A DNA stretch of 64,000 nucleotides, from assembly GCA_905211265.1 (NCBI GenBank), contig CAJMAC010000001.1, positions 2,412 through 66,411 on the forward strand. The letters are read 5' to 3'. The translations under genes were made by a program, and so were the position numbers. The first letter of the stretch is position 1. Every line of letters begins with the position of its first letter. Below are positions 38,328 to 48,481 of the stretch, piece after piece. The DNA comes from an uncultured Eubacteriales bacterium (GTDB taxonomy: Bacteria; Bacillota_I; Bacilli_A; RF39; UBA660). The notes under the pieces are model-generated. The model saw only the letters and a program-made list of their open reading frames with translations, was not told the DNA's origin and made no database searches.

Positions 38328-38960
38328 ATGAAAAAATTTATTAAAGAAAACAAATTATTTATAAAGTCAATTATAATTACTTTACTATTACAAGCAATAA
38401 ATTACTTTTTAATAGGTAATTTAGTTAGTGATTATAAAATATTAGAAACAAATATAAACTTTCCTTTAATTAAATGGTTCATATATATTTATAATAGTTG
38501 GTATCCATTTGTAATATTAACTAGTTATTTAATATATAAAAATAATGTAGATTTATACAAGAAATTAATATTTACAATGTTACTTAGTTTTTTACTTGCA
38601 GATTTAACTTTTATTATTTTTCCAACTGGAGTAATTAGACCAGAGTTTCCTACATTAACAATAACAGATTTTGTAATAAATACAACATATTATTTAGATA
38701 ATCCACCAATTAATTGCTTACCTTCATTACATGCATTAGTATGTTATTTATTAATATATTATATTAGTAAAACAAAATATAAAACTATATCAAAAATATC
38801 TATAATAATTTATTTAATCTTAATTATATTATCTACTTTATTTACACATCAACATATATTAATAGATTTAATATTTGCATTAATTTATTTAATAATTGCT
38901 ATGATAATAATTAAATTATTATATCCAAAATTAAAAGAAACACTTAAATTTATATTTTAA
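38328..38960 (+). CDS. PAP2-superfamily membrane phosphatase/transferase-like protein
   Basis: Polytopic. PSLHAL ... HQHILIDL motifs (PAP2_C/Aur1-like arrangement). Confidence 0.6.
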   Translation: MKKFIKENKLFIKSIIITLLLQAINYFLIGNLVSDYKILETNINFPLIKWFIYIYNSWYPFVILTSYLIYKNNVDLYKKLIFTMLLSFLLADLTFIIFPTGVIRPEFPTLTITDFVINTTYYLDNPPINCLPSLHALVCYLLIYYISKTKYKTISKISIIIYLILIILSTLFTHQHILIDLIFALIYLIIAMIIIKLLYPKLKETLKFIF

Positions 38961-38974
38961 ATGTTTCTTTTTTA

Positions 38975-41524
38975 TTAAATATTTTCTTCTCTAATGGCAT
39001 CAAGTATATTATCTTTTTTAACTTTCTTAGTTGCATACATCATTGAAATAGCTACAATAACAAATATACCAATTATTGCTAATATTATACTTTTCCAAGG
39101 AATTAAAATATGTTCAAATTCCACAGTATTCTTCATTGCTAAATGTATTAAATAAATTATTCCAAAAGATACAGGAAGTGCATAGAATAATGATTTAATA
39201 CCAAAGAATAAACTTTCAAATCTAAGCATTTTATTAAATCCACTAGGTGTAAGCCCAATACTTCTTAAAACTGCAAATTCTTTTCTTCTCAAAGCAATAC
39301 TTGTATTAATAGTATTAAATACACTTGTTACTCCAATTAAAGTAACCAAAGTAATAAAGCCATATACTAATATTTTAATAACTAATACTAAATTATATAT
39401 ATCTTTTAATTGTTCATGAATATTTGTATAATATATTCCATTTAGTTTATTATCTTTATCATAATTTTTTACAAGATTATCTAATTCATTATAACTTGGT
39501 GCTTTAATATATGTAGTATAATAAACAGGCTTAATAACATTATCAACTTTATAAGTATCTATCATATCTTCACTTATAATAATTACTGGTGAAGCATTAT
39601 ATTCTACTAATTCTACTCCTACAAAAGATTCATTAGTAACATAATATTTATCTATATTAGAAAAACATTCCCTTTTAATTTCATCTGAATCTTCTTCAAA
39701 ATCAGTATCACAAATACTTATATTTGTAACTTTATTATTATATCTATCTAAATTATAACTTTTTCTTGTATTTTTAGTATATACTATATTACTATAACCA
39801 TTATATAAAATTGGTAATTTTTCTGTTTTACCTATTTTCTTTAAATAATTATTATAACTATTATTATCAAATACTATAATATTAATATTATCTTGAATAC
39901 CATAATCATTATCTTTTAAAAATTCTTTATATTTATCTGAATAAATATTAGATAAATCACTATCTGTATACAGTATAATACTTCTAAAACTTGTATAGTC
40001 TTTAACTTCATTATGATTAATAATACTATTAACTATTTCTTTATCTGCATTTGAAGAATAAACTAACATAATATCTAAATCAGGTACATTAACATAATCA
40101 GTTGTACTATTAACAATATATTCCATATATGCTGAAGATGATATAAATAATACTACACTTATAAATAATGAAACAACAGTAATACGATATTTCTTTTTAT
40201 TTCTTTTCATATTTTTATAAGCAATATCTCCTTCAACACCAAATAATTTTCTTATTATTTTAGGACTTCTTACTTTTTTACCTTTTATTTTTATATCATC
40301 ATTTAATCTAATTGCTTCAATTGGAGATATCTTACTAGCTTTTTTTGCAGGTATAATTGCACTTATAAATATTGTTACTAACATAAATATTATTGGTATT
40401 ATTATAAATAATGGATATGTTACTAATTTAAAATTCATATTTATTGTATTTTTTAATAAATTATCCATAATTGCTACTACTACACCAATACCTATATAAG
40501 AACATATTATACCAATAGGTATACCTATTATACTAACAATAAATGCTTCATATAAAACAGTATGTCTTATTTGACTTTTAGTAGCACCTATACTACTCAT
40601 AAGACCAAATTGTTTCTTTCTTTCCATAACGGATATAGCAAATGAATTATAAATAACAATAACACAAGCAACACTTACTAATCCTAACATAATAGCAAGC
40701 ATACCAGACATACTACTTAACATATTTGCATATTTACTTGTACCATATAAGGATAATAAACTATCATTATATGATACTCTATCATAATATTCATTTGATT
40801 CATAAACAATACCAAGTGAAGTAACTAAACCTTTACTTAATTCAAATGTTTTATTAGGCTTTTTAAAAGTAATAAATACTTCCATATCATGAGTATCTTC
40901 TAAAGTATAAATAAAACATCCAGGTTCACTATCCTCATAGTAATCTTTTTTTATTATACCTACTACTTGATAAGTCTTCTTTATAGGATTATTAATATAT
41001 TCTCCATCATAATAAAGATCATTTTGTACTACTTTTTCACCTTCAAAATATCTATCTCCTACATTAATAGTAATACTATTTCCAACATTTAATATATCAG
41101 AATATTTTTCAGATAAATAACTAGGCACAACAATTTCATTATTATTTTTAGGTAATCTTCCCGTGGTTAACTCTAAATGTTTACTATAATTATCATTAAT
41201 ACCAAATATTTTATAATAATTATTACTTCCATTTACTTCTTCATTGATTAATGCATAACCAATATATGATCTAGTAATATACTTATCAATATCAAGATTA
41301 TTTTTTATCATATCTATATTATTACTATTTACATCATTTATTCTAACATTGTAATCGCCATTACTTAAAATAATTTCTTCAATTAACGCTTCCCTAAAAG
41401 TAGATAGTAATAATCCAATACCTACCATTAATGCTGTAGATAAAATTATTCCTATTATAGTTACTATTGTTCTTTTTTTGTTCATTTTTAAATGTTTAAT
41501 AGTAAGTTTATTTAAGATATTCAT
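38975..41524 (-). CDS. ABC transporter permease with two FtsX domains (MacB/BceB-like)
   Basis: 849 aa. Two 4-TM FtsX modules, each preceded by a large extracytoplasmic loop. Confidence 0.85.
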   Translation of the reverse strand: MNILNKLTIKHLKMNKKRTIVTIIGIILSTALMVGIGLLLSTFREALIEEIILSNGDYNVRINDVNSNNIDMIKNNLDIDKYITRSYIGYALINEEVNGSNNYYKIFGINDNYSKHLELTTGRLPKNNNEIVVPSYLSEKYSDILNVGNSITINVGDRYFEGEKVVQNDLYYDGEYINNPIKKTYQVVGIIKKDYYEDSEPGCFIYTLEDTHDMEVFITFKKPNKTFELSKGLVTSLGIVYESNEYYDRVSYNDSLLSLYGTSKYANMLSSMSGMLAIMLGLVSVACVIVIYNSFAISVMERKKQFGLMSSIGATKSQIRHTVLYEAFIVSIIGIPIGIICSYIGIGVVVAIMDNLLKNTINMNFKLVTYPLFIIIPIIFMLVTIFISAIIPAKKASKISPIEAIRLNDDIKIKGKKVRSPKIIRKLFGVEGDIAYKNMKRNKKKYRITVVSLFISVVLFISSSAYMEYIVNSTTDYVNVPDLDIMLVYSSNADKEIVNSIINHNEVKDYTSFRSIILYTDSDLSNIYSDKYKEFLKDNDYGIQDNINIIVFDNNSYNNYLKKIGKTEKLPILYNGYSNIVYTKNTRKSYNLDRYNNKVTNISICDTDFEEDSDEIKRECFSNIDKYYVTNESFVGVELVEYNASPVIIISEDMIDTYKVDNVIKPVYYTTYIKAPSYNELDNLVKNYDKDNKLNGIYYTNIHEQLKDIYNLVLVIKILVYGFITLVTLIGVTSVFNTINTSIALRRKEFAVLRSIGLTPSGFNKMLRFESLFFGIKSLFYALPVSFGIIYLIHLAMKNTVEFEHILIPWKSIILAIIGIFVIVAISMMYATKKVKKDNILDAIREENI

Positions 41525-41526
41525 AA

Positions 41527-42207
41527 TTATCTTACCCTCTCATCACTAACTATTTTTCCGTCATCAATAGTAATAATTCTATCAGCATTAAGTGCTAATT
41601 CATGATCATGAGTAATCATTATAATAGTTTGTTTATATTTCTTGTTAGATAATTTTAGTAATTCAATAATATCCTTACTTGCTTTACTATCTAAGTTTCC
41701 TGTTGGCTCATCTGCTAAAAGTAGGGCAGGTCTATTCATTAATGCTCTACCTATTGAAACTCTTTGTTGTTGTCCTCCAGATAATTCATTAGGTAAATGA
41801 TTTACTCTATTAGATAATCCTAATGTTTCAATAAGTTCTTTTAAATATGTTTCATCTGGTTTTTTACCATCTAATAAAATAGGCAATGTCATATTTTCTT
41901 TTACATTAAGTATTGGTATTAAATTATAAAATTGATAAATAAGTCCTACTTGCCTTCTTCTAAATATTGCCAAATTAGTTTCATTAAGATTATAAATATC
42001 TTCCCCATCAATAATAATTTTTCCACTAGTAGGTTTATCTACTCCACCAAGTAAATGAAGTAATGTACTTTTACCAGAACCTGAAGCCCCTACTACTGCA
42101 ACAAATTCTCCTTTTTCTACACTAAAACTTACATCATCTAGTGCTTTTACTAAGGTATTACCTTTACCATAGTTCTTTTTTAAATGTTCAACTTTAAGTA
42201 TTTCCAT
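41527..42207 (-). CDS. ABC transporter ATP-binding protein (MacB/LolD-type)
   Basis: GASGSGKST, LSGGQQQRVSIGRAL, LLLADEPTGNLD. Confidence 0.95.
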   Translation of the reverse strand: MEILKVEHLKKNYGKGNTLVKALDDVSFSVEKGEFVAVVGASGSGKSTLLHLLGGVDKPTSGKIIIDGEDIYNLNETNLAIFRRRQVGLIYQFYNLIPILNVKENMTLPILLDGKKPDETYLKELIETLGLSNRVNHLPNELSGGQQQRVSIGRALMNRPALLLADEPTGNLDSKASKDIIELLKLSNKKYKQTIIMITHDHELALNADRIITIDDGKIVSDERVR

Positions 42208-42230
42208 AATTTTCTTCCTTTCAATAAATA

Positions 42231-42285
42231 ATTATATAATATCAATATGACTATAAAGTGAATTTTAAGTGACAATTTAGTCACA
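42231..42285 (-). promoter_or_regulatory. Candidate response-regulator-dependent promoter of the ABC operon
   Basis: Minus strand TGTGACT / TGTCACT / ATTCACT / AGTCATA start exactly 11 nt apart (plus-strand 42279, 42268, 42257, 42246) and abut a TATAAT (plus-strand 42231-42236). Confidence 0.4.
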
Positions 42286-42288
42286 TAA

Positions 42289-43515
42289 CTAATAATTATT
42301 CTTAAATAACTTAATTATAAAAGTAGTACCTTCATTTTCCTTAGATTTAACACTTATATTACCATTTTCATTTTCAATTATTTTCTTAGACATATTAAGT
42401 CCTATACCAATACTTTCTTTATTACTCATTCCTTTATAGAATCTTTCAAATATATGAGGTAAATCTTTCTTAGATATTCCACATCCATCATCACTAATAC
42501 TAATCATTGTATAAAGTGGATTATCACTACAAACTATATTAATATTACCATTTTCCAAAGTATGTTCCATTGCATTTTTTAATATATTAATCAAAGCTTC
42601 CGTAGTCCAATTAACATCAACATTAACTTTAATATCATTACTACATGATACATTTAAATTGATATTTTTAAGTTCAAGAGGTATTTTTATAGGTTCAATA
42701 GTTTTATTAATAATATTAATTAATTTTACTCTTTCTAAAATTAATTTTTCACTACCACTATCCAATCTAGACATTTTAAGTAAAGACGTAATTAACCATT
42801 CTATTCTTTCTAATCCTTTTTTACTCTTATTTAATAATTCTTTCTTTAAAGATTTATCTAACTTATCATCATATAATAACTCATTAATAACATACATACT
42901 TGTTAAAGGTGTTTTAAGTTGATGAGATATATCAGATAAAGTATCTTGCAAATATATTTTATCTTTTAAAGATAATTCATTTTGTTCTTTTAATTTTATT
43001 GTCATTTTATATAAATCATTCTTTAAATTACTAATATCTCCTTCAGAATATTCTCTAATATCCATATTATATTTATTATTTAAAATATCATTAGTATATA
43101 TTGATAATTTTCTTATTTTATTATAAATTTTATTAATATAAATAATTAAAATACTAAATACAATAATTATTAATATAGAAATATAAATAATATTATATTT
43201 TCTAATAGTTTTATTAATATAACTATTATCATTTAAGTAATCTACTGTATCTAGTCTATCTAATCCATATTTATTTAATATTTCATAAGACTCACTTTTA
43301 CTTATATCATGATTAATAATACCATCAATTACTTCATTTTCAAGTTCAGGATGTTTACTAATAATAGAATCTATTATATATAAATTATTTTCTATAATTG
43401 CTTCTTTATAAGTTTCATAACTATATTTATTAAGTAACAATATAGAAACAATACCTATAATTAATACAATTATTTCTATTAATATTAATTCTCTTACTTC
43501 CTTATTCTTTAACAT
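42289..43515 (-). CDS. Sensor histidine kinase
   Basis: Two TM segments, H-box SHQLKTPLTS, N box, G boxes DDGCGI / GIGLNMSKKI. Confidence 0.9.
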   Translation of the reverse strand: MLKNKEVRELILIEIIVLIIGIVSILLLNKYSYETYKEAIIENNLYIIDSIISKHPELENEVIDGIINHDISKSESYEILNKYGLDRLDTVDYLNDNSYINKTIRKYNIIYISILIIIVFSILIIYINKIYNKIRKLSIYTNDILNNKYNMDIREYSEGDISNLKNDLYKMTIKLKEQNELSLKDKIYLQDTLSDISHQLKTPLTSMYVINELLYDDKLDKSLKKELLNKSKKGLERIEWLITSLLKMSRLDSGSEKLILERVKLINIINKTIEPIKIPLELKNINLNVSCSNDIKVNVDVNWTTEALINILKNAMEHTLENGNINIVCSDNPLYTMISISDDGCGISKKDLPHIFERFYKGMSNKESIGIGLNMSKKIIENENGNISVKSKENEGTTFIIKLFKNNY

Positions 43516-43517
43516 AA

Positions 43518-44195
43518 TTATTCTCCTACTACATAACCAATACCACGAACTGTTTTTAATATTTTAGGATTAGTAGGATCATCCTCTATCTTCTCTCTAA
43601 TTCTTTTAATATAAACAGTTAAAGTATTATCATTAACATAATCACTATTAATATCCCATATATCTGCTAATATCTTTTCTCTTGTTATAACAGTATTTTG
43701 ATTCAAAGCAAAAGTTAAAAATATTTTATACTCTAACGCAGTAAACATCATATCTTTATTATTCTTAAATACCTTAGCCTGTTTTAAATCAATAATAATA
43801 TCTTGTATTTTAATAATATTAGAATTATTATTACCATATCTTCTTAAAGTAGCATTAATTCTAGCAAGCAATTCTCTAGCTTTAAATGGTTTAGTAATAT
43901 AGTCATCTGCTCCCATATCTATTCCCATTACTATTGAAGTTTCTAAATCATTCGCAGTTAAAAATATAATTGGATAATTATTTATCTTTTTTATTTCTTT
44001 AAATAAATCAAATCCATTATAATCAGGTAAATTAACATCTAATAAAATTAAATCAATATTCTTATCTAATTTTATTTTATCTAATGCCTCACTACCTGTT
44101 GTAGTTAACTTCACTATAAAATTTTCTTGTTCTAAATAATACTTTAATCCAATACCAATTGCATCATCGTCTTCAATTATAAATATCTTTTTCAT
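43518..44195 (-). CDS. OmpR/PhoB-family response regulator
   Basis: Receiver domain (DD..ILLDVNLPD..KP) plus winged helix ..LKTVRGIGYVV. Confidence 0.95.
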   Translation of the reverse strand: MKKIFIIEDDDAIGIGLKYYLEQENFIVKLTTTGSEALDKIKLDKNIDLILLDVNLPDYNGFDLFKEIKKINNYPIIFLTANDLETSIVMGIDMGADDYITKPFKARELLARINATLRRYGNNNSNIIKIQDIIIDLKQAKVFKNNKDMMFTALEYKIFLTFALNQNTVITREKILADIWDINSDYVNDNTLTVYIKRIREKIEDDPTNPKILKTVRGIGYVVGE

Positions 44196-45681
44196 TATTT
44201 ACCTCTATTTTACTTAATATTTTTTCTATTTTATTTTTTATTTCATCATTATATTTCTTACTGTTTAATATTTTATCTTTATAATAACTAATCTTAGATA
44301 AATTATCCTTATTTTTATCTTCTAAATACTTATCTATATAAATATTTAATAACTCTATACTAGACTCTATTACACCATGATTACTAGATTCATCGTATAA
44401 TGTTATTGCTTTTTCTATGTCTTTTTCTATACCTAATTCATAATTACCGCATTGATAAAAATATTTAGCTAAATTATATTTACTATAATACTCTAATAAA
44501 TAAACAGGTACATTTGTAGATAAATTATAATAATCAAATGCTAATTTCATATTCTTTTCTACATATATTCCCTTACGATATAATTCTCCTAATTTATTAC
44601 AAGCCCAACTTTCTTCCTTTAAAGCACTTTTCATATAATAATCAAATGCTTTCTTATAATCTTTCATATCTTCATATATTTTACCTAAGTTATTATATGA
44701 ATATACATAGTCTTCCTTAATAGCTATATTAAAATATTCTATTGCTTTAGATTTATCAATATTTAAATAATATAATCCTAATTTATTTAACGCTGCAACA
44801 CTACCAAGTTCGCTTGCTTTAGTTAAATATTTTAATGCTACTAATTTATCTTCTTCACTACCATTACCTATTTTATTAGTAAGTAACATTTCTCCAATTA
44901 ATAAACACGCTCTTGGATGATTATTTAATGAAGAAATCAATAAATACTCATATGCTTTATTATATCTAGGTATACCTGTTATTTCACCCTTATATTCCAT
45001 ATAACCCATTTCAAAACAAGCATAAGCATTTTTTTCTTTTACTAACCTTTTCAATTCATATATATAATTAACACCATCTTTAAAATTAAGCATTAAAAAT
45101 TTTTCTAAATCATTAATAGATATATTAGTTTTATTTAAAATATTTTCAATTGTATCTTTAATAATATCATCTTCATTTATAGGTTGCTTATTATCTAAAA
45201 TAATATAGAAAAGCATTTGAATAATACATTCAAAATATTTATTATTTTTTATATAATTATTTAATTTAATAGTAAACTCCCCATTAATATTTTTATCATT
45301 CTTAGCAATATTATATAATTTCTTACATAATTTAATTAATAATTCATCTTTATTTATATCTTCATAAGAATATAAATTATCAATACTACCATGTAATAAG
45401 TTGATAAGTTCATTAATTAAATTAATTAAATATAATTTATCTTTCTTATATTTATCTTTATATTCTAAATATTTATTTTTATATTTCATATTTATACTTC
45501 GATAACCTACACAATAATTATTAATTAAAGTATCTGATAATGTATCATCACTAAATAATATCATACATATATTAGTTTGATTAGTAAAAACTTTATTATA
45601 AGAAATATTTTTAAACACTCTACAAAAATTACCTAAAGATAAATAATTATCATTATCATTCATTTTAATATACTTTTTCAT
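44173..45681 (-). CDS. Cytoplasmic Sel1/TPR-repeat protein with an uncharacterised about 240-aa N-terminal domain
   Basis: C-terminal half carries at least 5 Sel1-like repeats (..A..YL.KASELGSVAALNKLGLYY.., ..AFDYYMKSALKEESWACNKLGELY..). Its stop overlaps the response-regulator start by 23 nt. Confidence 0.75.
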   Translation of the reverse strand: MKKYIKMNDNDNYLSLGNFCRVFKNISYNKVFTNQTNICMILFSDDTLSDTLINNYCVGYRSINMKYKNKYLEYKDKYKKDKLYLINLINELINLLHGSIDNLYSYEDINKDELLIKLCKKLYNIAKNDKNINGEFTIKLNNYIKNNKYFECIIQMLFYIILDNKQPINEDDIIKDTIENILNKTNISINDLEKFLMLNFKDGVNYIYELKRLVKEKNAYACFEMGYMEYKGEITGIPRYNKAYEYLLISSLNNHPRACLLIGEMLLTNKIGNGSEEDKLVALKYLTKASELGSVAALNKLGLYYLNIDKSKAIEYFNIAIKEDYVYSYNNLGKIYEDMKDYKKAFDYYMKSALKEESWACNKLGELYRKGIYVEKNMKLAFDYYNLSTNVPVYLLEYYSKYNLAKYFYQCGNYELGIEKDIEKAITLYDESSNHGVIESSIELLNIYIDKYLEDKNKDNLSKISYYKDKILNSKKYNDEIKNKIEKILSKIEVNNEKDIYN

Positions 45682-45749
45682 TATTCCTCCATGAATTTGA
45701 TTATATTATAATATAATTTATTATTTTCTTCAATATTTTAGATACTTCT

Positions 45750-46385
45750 TTACATTTCACTTACATTAACTAATCTAGATATATAAACAACTTGCAAATT
45801 ATCATTAAAATTACTGCAAGTAACAAGAACAAGTGAAGTAATATTATTAATATTATGTAAAGTAATACTACCTGTTTTTTCTACTTCGTATATATCAATT
45901 AATTTATATAAATATTTCGACTTATTATAAATAATTTCTATTTCATCATCAATATTTAACTTATATAATTTATTAAAATAAGATACCCTATCATTACCAG
46001 AATGCGCTGCTAGAATTAATGTTCCATTTTCTACATCAGGCATATTTGAATTACTAATTAATTCTATATTCTTATCTACATTGTTCATTGGATTATCTAT
46101 ACCATAAAATCCTTGTTCTAAATTAATCTTAGGTATAGAAATAATCCCTAAATAATTATTTGCTTCTTCATTATCAATAGTATTTTCATTATCAATAGAT
46201 ACTATATTTACTTTAATCTTACTATTACTAATATAATTATCAACTTTATTTTTATCTAACATGTTTAAATAATAATCATAAACACTATTATAAGTAAATA
46301 ATGTAATACCAATTACTAAATTAATAACACTAATTATAAATAATTTATTACTTTTTCTGTGTCTTATCATATATAATACCTCCAA
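45750..46385 (-). CDS. Sortase-family transpeptidase
   Basis: N-terminal TM, catalytic His (TLILAAHSG), Cys (LVLVTCS) and Arg (VYISRL). Probable start is ATG 46370. Overlaps the adhesin 3' end. Confidence 0.85.
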   Translation of the reverse strand: MEVLYMIRHRKSNKLFIISVINLVIGITLFTYNSVYDYYLNMLDKNKVDNYISNSKIKVNIVSIDNENTIDNEEANNYLGIISIPKINLEQGFYGIDNPMNNVDKNIELISNSNMPDVENGTLILAAHSGNDRVSYFNKLYKLNIDDEIEIIYNKSKYLYKLIDIYEVEKTGSITLHNINNITSLVLVTCSNFNDNLQVVYISRLVNVSEM

Positions 46386-48165
46386 TACTTAAAATAATAA
46401 TTATTAAACCAATTAACTCTATAAACTTATAATCAAATAAAAAAGTATTAGGTACTTCAATTATCATATCATTAGTCATAGATAATTTAATATATTGTTT
46501 ATCTTTATCAATTTTAAAATTAATTACTTCATTATTATTTATATATCCATTAGAACTTTCTACTTCTTTTAGATAATAAGTTCCAAGTGGTATATCATTT
46601 AATATAATCTTACCTAATTCATCAGTACATCCTTTATAAAATAAATTATCATTATAATATACTTCAATTAAAGTATCTTTAATAGGTTTATTAGTATTAC
46701 TATCTAATTTAATAAATTCTAAGTTACCCTTAGGCAAATAATTATTAAAACTTAACTCTTTTAAAATAGTTTTAGTATACTTATCTTTATATTTAATTTC
46801 AAATTCATAAATATTCTTATCAATAATATTATCATTACTACTAGATAATTCCTTTATATAATATCTTCCTATTTCTAAATTATCTAAAATACCTTGTCCA
46901 TTACTATCAGTAATAATATTACCTACTAAATTATTCTTTTTATATTTAATAGAGTCTCCAACCGAAATATCATCATTTGCATATACACCATACTTAACAT
47001 CTTTTAAATGTATCTTATCATAAGTATAATCATCATTTAATTTTTCCCCAATCTTATTAATAATTATCTTACCCTTAACTCTTTCATTAGTAAAATTAAC
47101 TGAATATATATTATCAGAATTAACTACTGTATCTTTTGTAATACTTATATCTAATTTATTTTTATTCCATAAATAATTATCTAACATTTGATTTTCTACT
47201 TCATAAATAGAATAATTACCCAATAAATATTTATTTAATATAAAATATCCTTCATCATTAGTTTCAAATATACATTTACTATTTTCACATAAATATTCAT
47301 CATTATCATTATTTTTAATTTTAAACTTAATTCCTTTTTTCTTTATAATTTGGTTAGTTTCACTATCTATTTTATTTACTTTTATTCTAGCACCATAAGT
47401 ATTAATATTTATTATACTTTCTATTAAATCATTATTTCTTAATATAGCTTGTTTCTGACTATAATTATCATTACCCTTAAAAATCATTGTCGTTTTATTA
47501 TCATATTTTTTCTTTTCTAAAATTATTTTAGATTTACCTATTTTTTTAGAATTAATATGTAATTCATTATCAACAATATTTACTTCATTTCCATCATTAT
47601 CTTTAACTATATACATATCTAATACATTAGAATTATCCTTTATAACAAGTTCATTATCATATAATATATCATAACTATTATTATCAAAAGATGGCTTAGT
47701 ATAATGATTATTAACAAGTCTCATTATTTCATTCTTTTCTTTTTCTATATCTATTAAATTACCATATCCATATTGTTGATTTCTTAATTCAACAGTTTTA
47801 TCCGTAGTAAGATACCACATTAACATTTGTGTAGCCATATGATATAAATTAGTATTATGCCCTGGATAAAGATAGCCATATCTACTTATTAATTCTAACT
47901 TTTTAATTATTTCTTCGCTAAATGGTAGATTAGCATCTTCAAGATAACCCCATGTAGTAATTTGTTTACCAGGTTCAATACAATATGCAACTTCTCCATC
48001 AATATAATAATAAGGAAATCTATTAGACATATAAACTCCATTACCAGATATTGAAAAAAAATAATTATCTTCATGACTTATACTAAGTGTATAACTACTT
48101 CCTTTAACTTTATTACTAAATAAAATAATAAATATAACTAACAATATCATACATTTCTTTTTCAT
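46348..48165 (-). CDS. Surface adhesin: putative thioester (TQXA-like) domain plus Cna-B/SpaA-type Ig-like domains, non-canonical VPNTF sorting signal
   Basis: Signal peptide. YCIEP (Cys62 codon 47980-47982) and ATQMLMW (Gln113 codon 47827-47829). Cna-B-like GKIIINKIG.. and GNLEFIKLD...TDELGKIILNDIPLGTYYLKEVESSNGY. C-terminus is VPNTF (46441-46455), a TM segment and DKTQKK. Confidence 0.7.
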   Translation of the reverse strand: MKKKCMILLVIFIILFSNKVKGSSYTLSISHEDNYFFSISGNGVYMSNRFPYYYIDGEVAYCIEPGKQITTWGYLEDANLPFSEEIIKKLELISRYGYLYPGHNTNLYHMATQMLMWYLTTDKTVELRNQQYGYGNLIDIEKEKNEIMRLVNNHYTKPSFDNNSYDILYDNELVIKDNSNVLDMYIVKDNDGNEVNIVDNELHINSKKIGKSKIILEKKKYDNKTTMIFKGNDNYSQKQAILRNNDLIESIININTYGARIKVNKIDSETNQIIKKKGIKFKIKNNDNDEYLCENSKCIFETNDEGYFILNKYLLGNYSIYEVENQMLDNYLWNKNKLDISITKDTVVNSDNIYSVNFTNERVKGKIIINKIGEKLNDDYTYDKIHLKDVKYGVYANDDISVGDSIKYKKNNLVGNIITDSNGQGILDNLEIGRYYIKELSSSNDNIIDKNIYEFEIKYKDKYTKTILKELSFNNYLPKGNLEFIKLDSNTNKPIKDTLIEVYYNDNLFYKGCTDELGKIILNDIPLGTYYLKEVESSNGYINNNEVINFKIDKDKQYIKLSMTNDMIIEVPNTFLFDYKFIELIGLIIIILSIGGIIYDKTQKK

Positions 48166-48380
48166 TTTATTCCCTTCCTTTCTATAATTATTCCTTTTAA
48201 TTCTTTCTAGTTAAAAATAATTTAATTCATATTACACCTCTTTTCTCTTTACTTTTTATCCCTTCATATGAATTATTATAAAAAAAATTGCAAAGTACTT
48301 CTTTTTTTATAAAAAAAATACATTTTGGTACAAATATTACCAACAATGCATTAATTTTAAGCATATTATTTAAATAAAAT

Positions 48381-48429
48381 AATTATTATGTGGATTTGCT
48401 GTGGAAATATAATTATTAGTGTGGATTGC
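48381..48429 (+). repeat. Two about 19-nt direct repeats upstream of the symporter promoter
   Basis: AATTATTATGTGGATTTGC (48381-48399) and AATTATTAGTGTGGATTGC (48411-48429), starts 30 nt apart, upstream of TATAAT-like boxes at about 48445-48460. Confidence 0.5.
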
Positions 48430-48481
48430 ATAGGTTATTAAAATTTAAGTATTTATAATATAATATTACTAGGAGGATGAA

